The position numbers and the translations under genes are program-made. Below, piece after piece: positions 51,129 to 64,000 of a stretch of 64,000 bases of DNA. Every line of letters starts with the position of its first letter. Positions within the stretch are counted from its first letter, which is position 1. The stretch lies in assembly GCF_964355755.1 (NCBI RefSeq), contig NC_092677.1, positions 12,856,101 through 12,920,100 of the forward strand, in the 5' to 3' direction. Origin of the DNA: Antedon mediterranea. Its lineage: Eukaryota; Animalia; Echinodermata. Under the pieces are notes generated by a model that was not told the DNA's origin, ran no database searches, and worked only from the letters and a program-made list of their open reading frames with translations.

Positions 51129-54100
51129 ATGATACAGGTTGAAATTGACCCATTAGCCTTAGAAGTTACAAATGAGTTAAATGAAGAGCAACGATGTAAA
51201 ACTGGTACCTGGGAGCATGAAGATTTAGCTCAGGTGTGTGCAGCCTGAATGTCATACAATCACACACTTAATATTCTACACAGACAGTGCACTGACTGTG
51301 TCTTGATGACCAACAAAGAAGGCCTACTAGCACGAGCCTATTTTCTATAGTATTATGTAGATAACCAGACCTAGCCTATTACTATCTATATTCTAGGATG
51401 AGGCACTGTAAACCGTGCTATCTGCATGGTAGGCCTATTGGAGGGTATTGCCCAAATTGACAATGAATAAAATAAATTTATTGTTTTCTATTGGCACAGG
51501 GAGCCGTCTGGAAAAATTAAATTCCCTACCACTATCTACTACTAACTAGCTCTAAAAGTATATCTATTATACTATTGAGAAATGAATTTATATTTATTTA
51601 GAATATAGTTTGGTCATCTTGCTTTTACTCTTAACTTAGAGAAACAAACATTTTTTCAAAGAAAATTATAATTTTTTATTTTGTTTTGTTTCAGTTGCGC
51701 TACAAAGTCTTACGTGGACACCGAGAGGGAATCAATTCCGCAAATTTTTGCAAGAATGATGCCTGTCTAGTGACGGCATCAAATGACAAAACATGTGCAT
51801 TATGGGTAACTTCATGGCTGTGTACCGTATATTTCGGTGTATAAGTCGCACTTTTGACACGCAAATTTGACCTCTAAATTAAGGGTGCGTCTTATACACC
51901 GAACATAAATGCCTCACCACACAGAGTGTACATATCGTCACCTCGTTGGCTAGGCTAGGCCTAGCTACAGTGTACTAATGTAACGGCAACCTGCTTCTGC
52001 CTAGTTTTCAAGGCATTTTAGCGTGATGTTATACTAAATATGATGAAAAGATTTGTTTATTATGGAGCTGTTTTAGGCGCTCCGATAAAATTTCATTTGT
52101 AAACGTTTACGATTGGAATAGTATTTATTTATAGTTATACGCACGATCGCCGACCGCCGTACCCCCAGCGCAAGCCCTTCTTGGCGGCCACATGTTGTAC
52201 AGTATTCGACTAGTATATTCTCCAGGTGATTATAGCATGGACCTAGCGTACACACTTCTCGGATACATAGATACTAATCGAATACGATTGTCCGTGAAAA
52301 CGTGCGCCCTCTTGAAATGATCGAGCAAGGCTAGCCCACACACGTGCGTGTTACACACACGGTCATGCACTCGATGTTGCGGGTGCGAAACTCATGAATA
52401 ACAAGTTAGAAACAACTTGTTGAGGCTGGCCGCGGCCGAGCCTAGGTAAGAAAAAACCTAAATAAAGGACGCCGTTGTAGATATAACAAAATATATTATT
52501 ACAATAAGATTGATTACAATATATAAAAAAACATTGTTTTGATGAAATATAAGGTGCGTCTTATACATCGACGATATAAAAAATACCGATATTTTACTCT
52601 CAGTTAGGGGGTGCGTCTTATACACAGGTGCGACTTATACACCGAAATATACGGTATTTTCCTTCCCCAATTCAAAAATAATGAAAAGATATATAAAATA
52701 TTTGGCAAAACAATTTTAATCCTTGAATCAATAAAAAATCTATTATACAGTTTAATATTAATATTATTTCACTTTCATTGTTTTTTTGTCAGAAAACTTC
52801 AACAGGTGATAAACTACACGCCTATACAGGTGCAAGTATGCAAATTACCCAATGTCACATGTCTCCAGATGATCGACTATTAGCAGGTGCATGCTGGGAT
52901 AAGAATTTGTATGTTTGGGATTCAGAAACTGGCCAAATATTGGTAAGGTAACAATGATCTGTTTGAATTTCAACTTTATATAAATTTAAGAAGTATATAT
53001 GTATCAAGGAACACCAACCTAACCATAATCTGGTATAAACCTATCCTGAAAAATCATGGTCCCAGTCCCAAATTGGCCTATCCCCTTCCCACTTTTAAAT
53101 TTAGAAAAAATACAGTGCAAAAGATAGAAGATCACTTCTATTTCAGAATAATAAAAAATGGCCAAACTAATACAGTATAGTATTTTTTTTATACAGTTTT
53201 GCATTACTTTTTAGAATTCCACTCTAATTCAATGACAACGCTAATTTCCTTTTGTTTCCCAGTGGAAAGGCTCACATGCAGGCATCGTGATTTGTTGCAA
53301 TTTCTCGCATAACAGCAACTTAATCGCCTCAGCGTCAGATTTAGATTTTCAACTTCACATTTGGGACATCAGAGAAAAATCTTCAGTTCAAAATGTTAAA
53401 GGTACATTTTTTTTATTTACAATTTTAAATCTAATCTGATCTGATCAACCATCATAAAAAATATCTATATCATAATAACATTCAAAGTGCAGTACATGAG
53501 GACACCTTCGAGACCCAACAAAGTGTCCTCTGAATAGAGGTTGGCCTTAGTGTTAAAACATTACTGGCCGTTTATTTCATAGGAAAGTGTCCCTATAATA
53601 AAAGTGTCCCCTGAATAGAGGTTGGCCTTAGTGTTAAAACATTACTGGCCTTTTATTTCATAGGAAAGTAACCCTATAATAAAAGTGTCCCCTGAATAGA
53701 GGTTGGCCTTAGTGTTAAAACATTACTGGCCTTTTATTTCATAGGAAAGTAACCCTATAATAAAAGTGTCCCCTGAATAGAGGTTGGCCTTAGTGTTAAA
53801 ACATTACTGGCCTTTTATTTCATAGGAAAGTAACCCTATAATAAAAGTGTCCCCTGAATAGAGGTTGGCCTTAGTGTTAAAACATTACTGGCCTTTTATT
53901 TCATAGGAAAGTAACCCTATAATAAAAGTGTCCCCTGAATAGAGGTTGGCCTTAGTGTTAAAACATTACTGGCCTTTTATTTCATAGGAAAGTAACCCTA
54001 TAATAAAAGTGTCCCCTGAATAGAGGTTGGCCTTAGTGTTAAAACATTACTGGCCTTTTATTTCATAGGAAAGTAACCCTATAATAAAAGTGTCCCCTGA

Positions 54101-57100
54101 ATAGAGGTTGGCCTTAGTGTTAAAACATTACTGGCCTTTTATTTCATAGGAAAGTAACCCTATAATAAAAGTGTCCCCTGAATAGAGGTTGGCCTTAGTG
54201 TTAAAACATTACTGGCCGTTTATTTCATAGGAAAGTGTCCCTATAATAAAAGTGTCCCCTGTACTCAAATTAACACCTAGTCTATCTTAACATAAGGTTT
54301 ACTAGTCTAAAAGGTACATGAGCGAGTACAGCCAGGAATGTTAAATTGCATGTTTAGTTGTGGTGCAGTATCACATCTCAATTTGAAGGCTAACATTTTT
54401 TTAATGTTTTTGTCATACATTTATTTTGATTACACATTACACGCCATGTTGTTTGTTCTGATTATTATTTTTGAGAACATGTTATACTAACCTGCTATCC
54501 CTGTGAATTATGACCAATTAGAATCTTCTTCCTGTCTCTAATCGTATGCAGCAGGCCTCAATCTTAATTAACCCTAGCTCAGCACCTTTTAGATTAGGAA
54601 CTCTTTCCTTTCAGGTAGTAACATTATTGGTGATAAATTTCTGCAATGATTTCTTCAGGTTTTGTAATGGGTCAAAGTGCCAGCAGGAGTTTCTTATTTA
54701 ATTTTCAAATTGATGGCCCAAAATTATATTTTACTTTCTTAAGTTTATATCGTGCCTATAGCTTACCTGTATAAACCGACAATAGCCCATGCTCTCCAGA
54801 TGACGGTGACGGTACGTTCCCACATGAGGGCGTGGTTGCGGACGGGTCCATTATAATGCAGGGGTGTTCTAGGAACTTTTCACTTTCGTATCTAAGCCCT
54901 CCCTCTGGAGAGCACAGGCTATTGTCGGTTTATACAGGTAAGCTAGCACTCATAGACTACTAACACCACTACTGGTTTGTGTAATTGTAGACAGATAAAT
55001 TTATAGCCCCTTTAATTCTGATACCATTTTACTTTCTTTCCAAAGGCCAAGATTTTCAGGGCCTCTTGCCTTACCCTTAACTAACACCTACATCCCCCGT
55101 TCATTTTTGGTTGAAGTTAAGTTTTTTATCTACCCTTCAACCTCTCTTTAAAAGTACATTTGGCTTTTCTTTATCTATGAAAATATATATTGTATTATTT
55201 TATATAGTGAAAACAATTTCTTCTGGTTTCGATTAGTGAGAGATATAGTTCTTTCATTATTATATATTATATTATCTATGTCTTTGGCATTAAGAAGAAA
55301 GTACAATGATACATCAATTTGTTGTATTGTCCATGACCGCTTGTTGCCCGGTTCTCATTAATATATTCCCTGGTCAACTAGTTACTAGGTCAGAGTTCTT
55401 CGTAATGAATAATTGTAATATTTTTATTATCATAATTATATTAGTTTGTTAATTAAATAGTAGGTTAAATGAAGTTCAGGGTGCATTTGAGGATAAAGCC
55501 TGTGTACAGTAGTTTATATCCAACGTAATCTGTCTTTTGTGAAGATCAGGGTGTAATAACATAAGTGGTCTTTAACCTATGATTATCCTCTATCAATCCT
55601 CATGATAAAACTTGTTATAAAAGTCTATCTAGAGCATCATGAATTAATTGTTTGTTTTTTTTTGGTTTTTTTTTTTTTTTTAAATTTTATTCGGTATATA
55701 AAAATATATTACAAAACGACAGTCAAGGACTGAAATGAATTGTATTAAAAATTAGTTAAAATTGCTATAAAAATAGAAACACCATATTAAAATTAGATAT
55801 CGTACCATAAAATTAAGAAACAAACATGAATAAAAAACCTTAAAACATTCACTTATTACATATCTAAAAAAGAGCTAGTGGTGCCTATTAATTATATCCA
55901 CCATGGTGGGAACTGGAGACGACCTAAGTCTGCTGGTTTTACAATGAGGTACTTCAAGAAAGCGGTTGAATCTGAGAGACCGAGCTGGCTTATGAAGAGG
56001 GGGAAGTATTTCTCTAAACAGCTCGGATTTTAATAAGCCTTCCCCGAAAGACAACACCAGTTTGTTTCTTCTCTCAACAAGAGTAGGTAAACCAGTAACA
56101 GACAATGCATGATCATAGAACAAATAGTTGTTACCTAGCATGATTCGCAATGCTCTCTTTTGTACCTTTTTAATAGACTTGGACATATCCTTAGTGATAG
56201 CGCCATGCCAAACAGGGGCAGCATATTCTAAAATAGGTCTTATATACGCCATATAAACAGTCAACAGATCATTAATTAAGATTCCAGCTTTCTTCAAAAT
56301 GCACAAGGAAAATAAACGTCTAGAAGCTCTAGAATATGTTGATATTTTTTTTGACACTTTGTCCAAATTTAAGTCTAAAGTTCTTTAATCGATTTAATTA
56401 AGCCATTTTGTATGTTTATGTGCTTTTTATTCTATATTTATATCTTACGAGTTTTAAGGAATCCTGTAATTGGCGATTTTTCGCTGTTGGATGTGGTTGA
56501 AATAAAAATTAAAAAATAAAAATAAAAATATCATTCATTGTCATATTCTCGATTTAATTTACATTAAATTTTATTAAATTGGATAAACAGTTTTTGCACT
56601 TTTTTCACAGAAAATGTAGGTTCAGGTCATTCGTTCTTTTTTGTTTTCCAGTTAGTGAATTTTAATTTTACTGCGAAATATTAACTAATTGATGAAATAG
56701 GAAACATAAAATTGAAACATTAAGGCTAAAAAGTACAAAGTCTGAGAAGAAAGAATATCTTTAGGCTAAAGACAAATTAACATGGAGACAACAGAAAATT
56801 AAGAATATAAATTTAATGTTAGTAGAAAAGTACTTAAGTTAATAATGAGCATGATAGGAAAAGAATGTTTGGTTGGAAAATTAGTCGGAACTAAAAGACA
56901 GCCCAGTACTTTCTGGTTTAGACACTGTATCCTATAATTCTGGCCCAAATCCAATATTTTGTTCCCGTGTCTAAAGCGCTTTAATATCTTATCTTATCTT
57001 GTATTCCTTACTCAAAATGTAGGCATAGCAGTGATGTAACCACAAGAAATAGAGTGGTGAAGTTTTTGCAAGAAAAGGGAACAATCTCTATTCAAGCCAC

Positions 57101-60100
57101 AGGGTTCAATTCAATTCAATTCAATTTTATTCGAGCACATAATTAACAATACAATAATGGACGGTTGTAATATAAACTTAAAAGTAAAAAAACAAAAAGC
57201 TCAGGATGACCCAATAAAACCTTACGGTTTATTTCCGTTGGGGTCCTATAACAAAAAATTACCGGTACACTCCATAACATTTAAAATACATTAAGACATG
57301 ATGTATTAAAATAAACTACCTTAAATAAATACATGAATACTTTTAAAATTTAGTTAAATACACTATTACTATAAAGCTAGAAATAGGCCTTAGGTGTATA
57401 TCAAAGGCCTCAGTAAAAAAGTCAGAAACCTTACCAACGGACTGGTGGCTACGGCCATGCAGAGAAGTGTTATGTTTGTTAGCAATGTGGCAGTCCTTCA
57501 TCACTTTATCAATATATTAGACGGACTTGGTAGTTGGAGGGTTGGGAGGTGTGTGTGTGTGTGTTCTTACCACAATTGATGTATTTATTATCCTCGAAAA
57601 ATTTCATCTGGCTTTAAATGAATATTTTATAAATAAATTTTAACTTTTTGGTAAACCAATTATTATAAAAAAAAAAATTATTTATAAAAAAAAGTCTTTA
57701 TTATAAACATTTTTGAAGTTGAGTATCTTGTGTATATTATGATGTATTCGTATATTTGAATGAACTCACTTATTATAGATATCATTGGCAATTTGCCTGA
57801 AATGAGCATAAGAAATTAATATAATATTTGTTGAAATAGTTTTGTTTTATACAGAAGTTTGTTTTTCATACACCTATTTTGCTGCTCAATTGTTGACCTT
57901 TTGTCACCTATTTCTTATGTATTAATCTTTTACATTTTTTTAACGAACATCAATCAGCTGTATGACATGATATGAAAAAGATTATTCATGATTTCAACAG
58001 TTTTATGAATCAAATTAGGAAGGATACTTCAGAGGACCTTGCCAATTTTTTGTATCCATCATTAAACATACTTTTAGCTTCAATAGGTTCATATTAATAC
58101 CATGATAAAGGAAGTCAACTACAAATTGTATCCAACTTATTGGCTTCTTGTCGGTATGTCTTTTTTGATTGATTGATTATTTCATAGATTCCTTAATTTT
58201 GGTGGTTAGTTGATTGATGGATTTGTTTTTGGTTAGTTGGTCAGTTTGTCCCGTTAGTTGATATGTGAGTTATCAGTTAGGTGGGGTGGGGGGACTGATA
58301 AAATCAGCTCTGTGGTCATGCTACGTTGTTGTTGTCAAAACAGTATAGACTACCTGATAACCACATAAAACTCCTAGAAAGTAGGAAGCCTTTTGCCATT
58401 CTTCCCCTGACTGTTATTAGGTTGATAGTGGTGTAGGATTGAGCTTGTGGGTTGGTAGTTTGATAATATCAATACATTTAGTAATACCACTTTCACACTG
58501 ATTAGCAATAGGAAACCTCCAAAGAGTTAACATACTCAGGCATCAACACCAGCATTTTGTATGGTGTGCACCCCTTGTGTGTGTACAGTAAACTCCTGAG
58601 TTTTGGTAGGCGGTGTATAAGCTCTGTATACGCTATCAAACTAGTTTTAAAAAAAGGGTGATGTGCCCAAATATGGTAGTGATATGCCCAAATATGGTAG
58701 CGATATGACATTATCATGTCCATATATGGGCACATCACATCTTGTTGTCACATAAAGTTTGATTGTGTAGACAGAGCTTTAAGCTGGTATCATTTTGTTT
58801 TTGATATTCCACCTTTTTTTAATTTAATAATGAGCCCTAAAGCTTGGTTCCCACTAGCACACATTGCAACTAAAGGGCGTAGCAAAATGCCAGTAATTTA
58901 ACCAATCATGACGTAATGGATGATCATAAATAAATCTTTTCATTGTATGTAGTGATCAGATCTTGCCATTTCAAAATGGTTCATCAATAATGTTCTGAGT
59001 GTTACACTCTGGCGTTCTTAATGACCCACTTGTCAGTGAGTTGATCTAAGCCATGCGTACTCTGTTTGCGGAGGAGGACCTGCCAATTAGTTGCTGAATT
59101 ACCTAGAAATTAATAAGAAAAATGGCAACTCATTCTAATTAGGAATGATGAAGATCGGCAGATTGGGGGAAGTGCCTTAGGCTAAAGCCCACTGTTTCAC
59201 AGGTCCTAAAGTTCTGTGTACACTATCTAGTTTGACAAAAAAAAATATGATGTGCCCAAAAATGGTAGTGATGTGCCCAAATATGGTAGTGATGTGGCCA
59301 AATATGGTAGTGATATGACATCATCGTGTTTATATATGGTCACATCACATTTTTTTTAAACATAAAGTTTGATACTAGTCCAGACAGCTTAAAAGCTAAA
59401 TTGCATCCAACTGCACTTCCATACACAAATAATTGCTACGGTGATGGATCCTACATCATGTATTGAAAGTACAGTGATCCGATAAAACAAAACAAAAACA
59501 CATAAATAACCCCAAAAAACAGTTAATTACAGTAGTCTATGTGACTATAACTGATTTTTAGAGACAATTTATAGCAATATACGCCCATGGAAAAGGAGGT
59601 TGATTCAACAAGTAGGGGATGATTTTTTGTGGTGTTGAACGAGGGTTGTTCATTTCTAAGCCGGTTTTTAAGACGTATTTACTACCACTCTCGTTGATTG
59701 ATGATGTACAGTGTTGGCTAGGTAGGAACTCACACTTAGGCCAATAACCCTTTTTAATGACTGTAGTGATTATCTTAGTTGGTTCCGAGCTTTCTCAGGC
59801 GTATATATATATATAACTCCACGCGACGTACACTGTCACTGAATGATAACTCATACAAAAAGTATATTTAACTCAACTAGAACTTTTATTCCTTGTAATT
59901 CGATTAATACATCTTTCTACCACTACCAGTCAAGCCTTAATATTTTCTTTATCATCTTTCCGTTTATCTACTCTGATCTTATTCTCTCTTCTTCTTAATA
60001 TCTATTACATTCCACTTTTATACTGGACATGCAAATTTTAGGCTTCAGAGGAGAATAACATTTTCCCTCCTAAAATTATACGATTTTGATTGGCTAATAA

Positions 60101-63100
60101 TATAAGGCGGACCTGGTCTAAAGCATCCTTATCTAAACACAGAGAATCACAACATAAATAATATGACAATGACGATATCTTCCTTACAATTATAAATTGA
60201 AGTGATAACAATAACATACAACTTTGTTTATTAATAATATAATTCTCTTATTATGCTATTATATTAAATAGTATTTGTGTTTAAAAAAATGATGTTCTTT
60301 ATATTTAAAGAAAGGAATAATTATTAAATGGATGAATAACTAATGTATGGATTGATATAATCAGTTAATAAATACATTAATGAACGAATAAACAAGAAAA
60401 TGACCTTTGGAAGGAAAGGGAGAGATGAATGAAACAATGAATAGATAGGAATAATGGATAGATGATTGAATAACAAATTATAGAATTAGTAACAGGCCAA
60501 ATCGTGAAATGTTGGTGAAGTGTAGAGGCCAAAAACGAAAAGACAAAAATTACTAAGAAAAAAAAGAGAAAGTTAATTTTTATTATAGGCAAACAGATAA
60601 CATATTTGACTTATAAACCATGGTGTTAACTTTTATAGTTGTACCAACCTATTTGGTGGCAGTTTAAAATGTTTTGTCCCCACTTTCTCATTGTTTGCTT
60701 TATTTGTAAAATGTATCTGAATAAATGGTAATAATAAATATGAATAATATGATATAACTGATAAATACTTTGATGAATGGTCGGTTACAAAATTGAAGCA
60801 TAAAAAGAAACAGACAAAAGGAAATAAACAGTTCATGATAAAAAGAGGTCTCCATATTTAGGTATCACAGTGTGGGCTTTATACAAGGATAAATTAGATT
60901 CAAATTTCATGACTATAATGAACATTACGCTCTGTTGCATGTAGTGAAACATTTACTCCCACTCCAATCACGTTCACCAATTTATGATTGACTGTTTGCC
61001 CGGCTTAATAATATCAAGTGAGAGGTGTGAAGGGCGTTTAATACATGGGAAGGCTGAGACCAATACATTTTTAAATTCATCGTTTGTTATTTTTCCTAGA
61101 TTACGAGCAACTTCCCAATAAAATTAAACAATGTGCTACAATTTCAGACTTTAAAGCCTAACTCATCAAGCATTTGATCTTAAAATATTAAGTTGTAATT
61201 GTTTATATTATTTATATTGTTTATTAAATGCAGCTTATTCTTAATTGGTGTATTTCATTATAACTTTGTTTTGTTTTTAATTATTTTGTACTACTTAGTT
61301 TTGTTTTTTTGTATTGTATAATAATGATGGAGTAAGAGCAGTTTTCTGTTTGGGCTCATGCCTACTACTTGCTCCTGGCAAGATGAAATGTAAAATATAG
61401 TTTTAAGAACTTTTGCCGAATAAATATTATTATTAATATTATTCTCCGTTACAACAGTTGATCTTAGTGTATGTGAGAACAATATCTTTATTCACTATAT
61501 CTAAACACTATTTATATCATCAAAGACCATGAGGCATAATAATATAGTTTGTAAAGGATGTCGGCTAACAGCAGCACGCCATTGGTTAACTGGAGACACC
61601 AGCGTAAAGATGGTACGGTAGCCCACTACCCTAATTATACGCAGGAAATATCTCATTAAAGGATTTATATTGCATCCAAGTTGGTACCGTCAAAGCAAGG
61701 TTATATGCCTTACTGTGCATCAACGAACCAATTAGAAACATTTTTTTTATATAATATAGATACATGTCAATAGTATTACGGTAGTATAGAAGGATTAAAC
61801 AATTTTTTTAATAACTCATCAGTCAACGAATGATTTATTTTTGTGGTTAGGAAAATACGTTTCGTGAGAACCAAAAAAGTCAAGGGAATTTTATTGGATT
61901 ATTATTCAAAATATACCAATTATGTATGTAGTAAAAATAATACACACTTTGTGCTAAGTATATTAATATTAAATCATAAATAATATTTTAATTATTATAT
62001 ATTTATGATCATGATGAGTTTAAAAAAATATCAGAATCACAAAATACAGAGAACTTACTATAGGAATCGCACAGGCGCTTGAGTAAACCTCTGTAAGTTC
62101 AGTAATACAACCAAAAAGAGGATTAAAAGTCTTGCTTATAAGGCCTCAAATCTGTGTAGTAAAAGACCTAATCATAATGACATTGTTATTTTTCTTTGCT
62201 TATTCTTTTAATCATACTCATTGCATCATTCAATAACATTATTTTATTTGTGAACCATCTATCAAAAAATAAATTTAAGGAAGGAAGATGTCGTCTTATA
62301 AAAACGCAACTTAATTATTTCCTTCTAGGTCATCATGCAAGTACGATAACCAGCTGTAAGTTCTCTCCAAACGATGACAGAGTAGCAACAACGTCCATGG
62401 ACAAATCAACTAAAATATGGGACAGAATCAACAACCAAACAACTATAACAATAGGGTTAGTGGTAGTTCTGTTTCAAACCAAATGGTGTAAGGGTCACAC
62501 CTACAACAATTGTTTACACCCTGCCCACCCTATTTAATCTATCCACTAATTTTTCACTTGCGTGATGCACCACAAACTGAAAGTATTTGATAATTGGCAA
62601 CTTTCGGACTTGTGTCCCCTTAATAGAGGTGTCCCAAAGGAGGGATACGCTGTACATTAGAACCCTATTAAAGAGACACCTTCGGGACTTACTAGTCTGT
62701 CTGTGTCTCCTAAGTAAGGGCGTCCCAAAGGAGGAGGTTCTACTGTATGTGAAAGTGATCATACGTTTTGCTATATCATTGCTAGGTTCCGATAGGTTAA
62801 GCATTGCTATCAAGGCTTTTACAGTTTCTGGCCGTTGAAAACCTCCATTCCAATATCACCTTCAACATAACCGTTATGTTATCTGCTTTCATTCTTTCTA
62901 TTAGGAATCATACAAACATTGTATCTTGTTGTTGCTTTACAAACAATGAACGACGGATATGCACTGGATCGTGGGATAAACAGCTCCATGTGTGGGATAT
63001 ATCAACCGGAATATTCCGTAGCAAAGGACCAACAACTTTCACCAATGGACATGAGGGATCCATTAGCTCTTGCTGTTTCAGTAAAGATGGTTAGTTTCAT

Positions 63101-63494
63101 ATCATTTTAAAATACATGCAATTTTGTAGTACAACAATTTTTTGTTGTTTTTTATTTGGAGGTTTGTATTTTTCATGGTTTTCACAAGCGCCTTGTGCAG
63201 TTTGTGGAAATGCGTGCTTCCTTAATCATTATTATCTTTATCTTATCATTATATAATCAGTGTATTTTACAATAATAGTGTTAAATGTTGTGCTGAAAAT
63301 TTTGGTGAGTTGGAGGCCTAGCACTATTGAATACAGTTACAATTGTTGAGCGTGTATACCTGTAGGTGTTTAATTCCTAGTATCAGTGAGGACATTGTTT
63401 TCATATTTCAGGTACAATACTCGTTTCTGGTTCCTACGATCAGACTGTAGTGGTTTGGGATGCTGATAACTGTGGACAAAAAATAACCCTAAAA
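51129..63494 (+). CDS. WDR88: WD40-repeat protein 88-like; 7 exons in window, continues past the right edge
   Basis: Exons 51129-51233 (MIQVE...WEHEDLAQ), 51695-51805 (LRYKVLRGH...TASNDKTCALW), 52793-52942, 53263-53401, 62329-62455 (HHASTITSCKFS), 62905-63089 (CTGSWDK...TGIFRSKG...GHEGSISSCCFS), 63412-63494 (LVSGSYDQTVVVWD). All phases agree. The repeat order and the GxFRxxG...GHEGSxSSC segment resemble vertebrate WDR88 as I recall it. Confidence 0.85.
51825..52654. mobile_element. Non-autonomous Tc1/mariner-superfamily DNA transposon (830 bp) in WDR88 intron 2
   Basis: Perfect 27-bp TIRs CCGTATATTTCGGTGTATAAGTCGCAC, TA on both flanks, subterminal GGTGCGTCTTATACA repeats, and no transposase ORF. 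Confidence 0.9.
53520..54261. repeat. 81-bp tandem repeat, 9 full units plus a partial
   Basis: The unit AAAGTGTCCCCTGAATAGAGGTTGGCC...CCCTATAATA recurs every 81 bp (53520, 53601, 53682 ... 54249). Confidence 0.95.
54759..54945. mobile_element. Short MITE with 29-bp TIRs
   Basis: TAGCTTACCTGTATAAACCGACAATAGCC and its exact reverse complement. Related ends occur near 35870-35902, 36600, 37147 and 48080-48105. Confidence 0.8.
55655..56370 (-). mobile_element. 5'-truncated CR1/L2-clade LINE (RT C-terminal region, 3' UTR, poly-A)
   Basis: ORF 55875-56366 has the typical post-RT motifs YIRPILEYAAPVWH, KVQKRALRI and GLPTLVERR. An AATAAA and poly-A tail read as a T-run at 55655-55681 on the plus strand. 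Confidence 0.85.
58619..58780. mobile_element. MITE, same family as 48576-48730 (opposite orientation)
   Basis: AAGCTCTGTATACGCTATCAAACT ... AGTTTGATTGTGTAGACAGAGCTT termini. Confidence 0.8.
61090..61445 (+). mobile_element. LINE (CR1/L2-like) 3' end remnant
   Basis: Degenerate C-terminus YEQLPNKIKQCATISDFKA*LIKHL, followed by an AT-rich UTR, AATAAA and an (ATT)n-like tail. Confidence 0.55.
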
Positions 63495-63501
63495 GTAAGA
63501 G

Positions 63502-63813
63502 TTGAATTGAATTGAAAAACGTTATACTGGGCGACCTCTTCAGTCAAAGACTGGTCTCACAGAGGGCCCAGCTATTATCAGTGGCTGTGATGTACTAGTA
63601 CATTGGGGTAACCCCCTACTCGTCTCGAAAGATGTACTAGGTTCTTTAAAGTGCACATGAGCTAGATGTGTACACTGGACCTATGGTTTATAGTCCTTAT
63701 CCAAGAACACTTGTTCTACCACCAGAACCATAGAGCAAGTGAGTGATCCACAAACCCTTGCCGATATTATGCCTAATTAATTGCTGTCTTAACCGCTAGG
63801 CCACTCACTCACC
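63502..63813 (-). mobile_element. tRNA-derived SINE
   Basis: 5' end GGTGAGTGAGTGGCCTAGCGGTTAAG carries an A-box. The central core is shared with 45590-45700, and the 3' tail is (TTCAA)n. Confidence 0.7.
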
Positions 63814-64000
63814 AAGTGAATGTTTCTTTATGAGAACTGAGTGGTTAAGGCATGAAAAAATGTAAAATTACAAATATACAATAGTAATGTGACTTAAAAG
63901 ATACTAAGTTGCTAGTGTTCGATAGGGACTATGAAGAATATTTCATTGGGCACAGTTAAAAAAATGTAGAACAGCTTTCAAAGAATAATTTCTCTTTCTA

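Noticed and set aside
53520-54261. Regular repeat array resembling CRISPR
   Set aside because: Whole 81-bp units are repeated with no unique spacers, there are no cas genes, and it lies in a eukaryotic intron.
63770-63813. tRNA gene
   Set aside because: Only an A-box-like 5' half with no cloverleaf. It is the head of a SINE.

Overview
AT-rich, intron-rich animal (invertebrate-like) genomic DNA, not prokaryotic, so most six-frame ORFs are exon fragments or repeat artefacts. Tracing GT-AG exons by hand gives four genes. (1, 2) Two tandem, frame-intact adhesion GPCR paralogs on the minus strand: copy B at about 27823->16392 (about 906 aa) and copy A at 13117->below 97, whose last exon lies outside the window. 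Each encodes a signal peptide, an unusual glycine-motif ectodomain, GAIN/GPS with an intact HL|T site, and a secretin-type 7TM. (3) An SNX20/21-like sorting nexin (minus, 50811->34975). (4) A WDR88-like WD40 gene (plus, from 51129, running off the right end), head-to-head with the SNX gene. Introns contain many MITEs, SINE and LINE remnants, a 1.3-kb near-perfect tandem duplication and several minisatellites. The most interesting signal is the receptor pair. Conserved Gly motifs alternate with hypervariable, charge-reversed loops in the ectodomain, while parts of the TM1-TM3 exons are nucleotide-identical between the copies. This suggests a diversifying receptor array with a polyglycine-II-like sensing domain (inference). 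All gene models are manual and unverified by transcripts or database searches.
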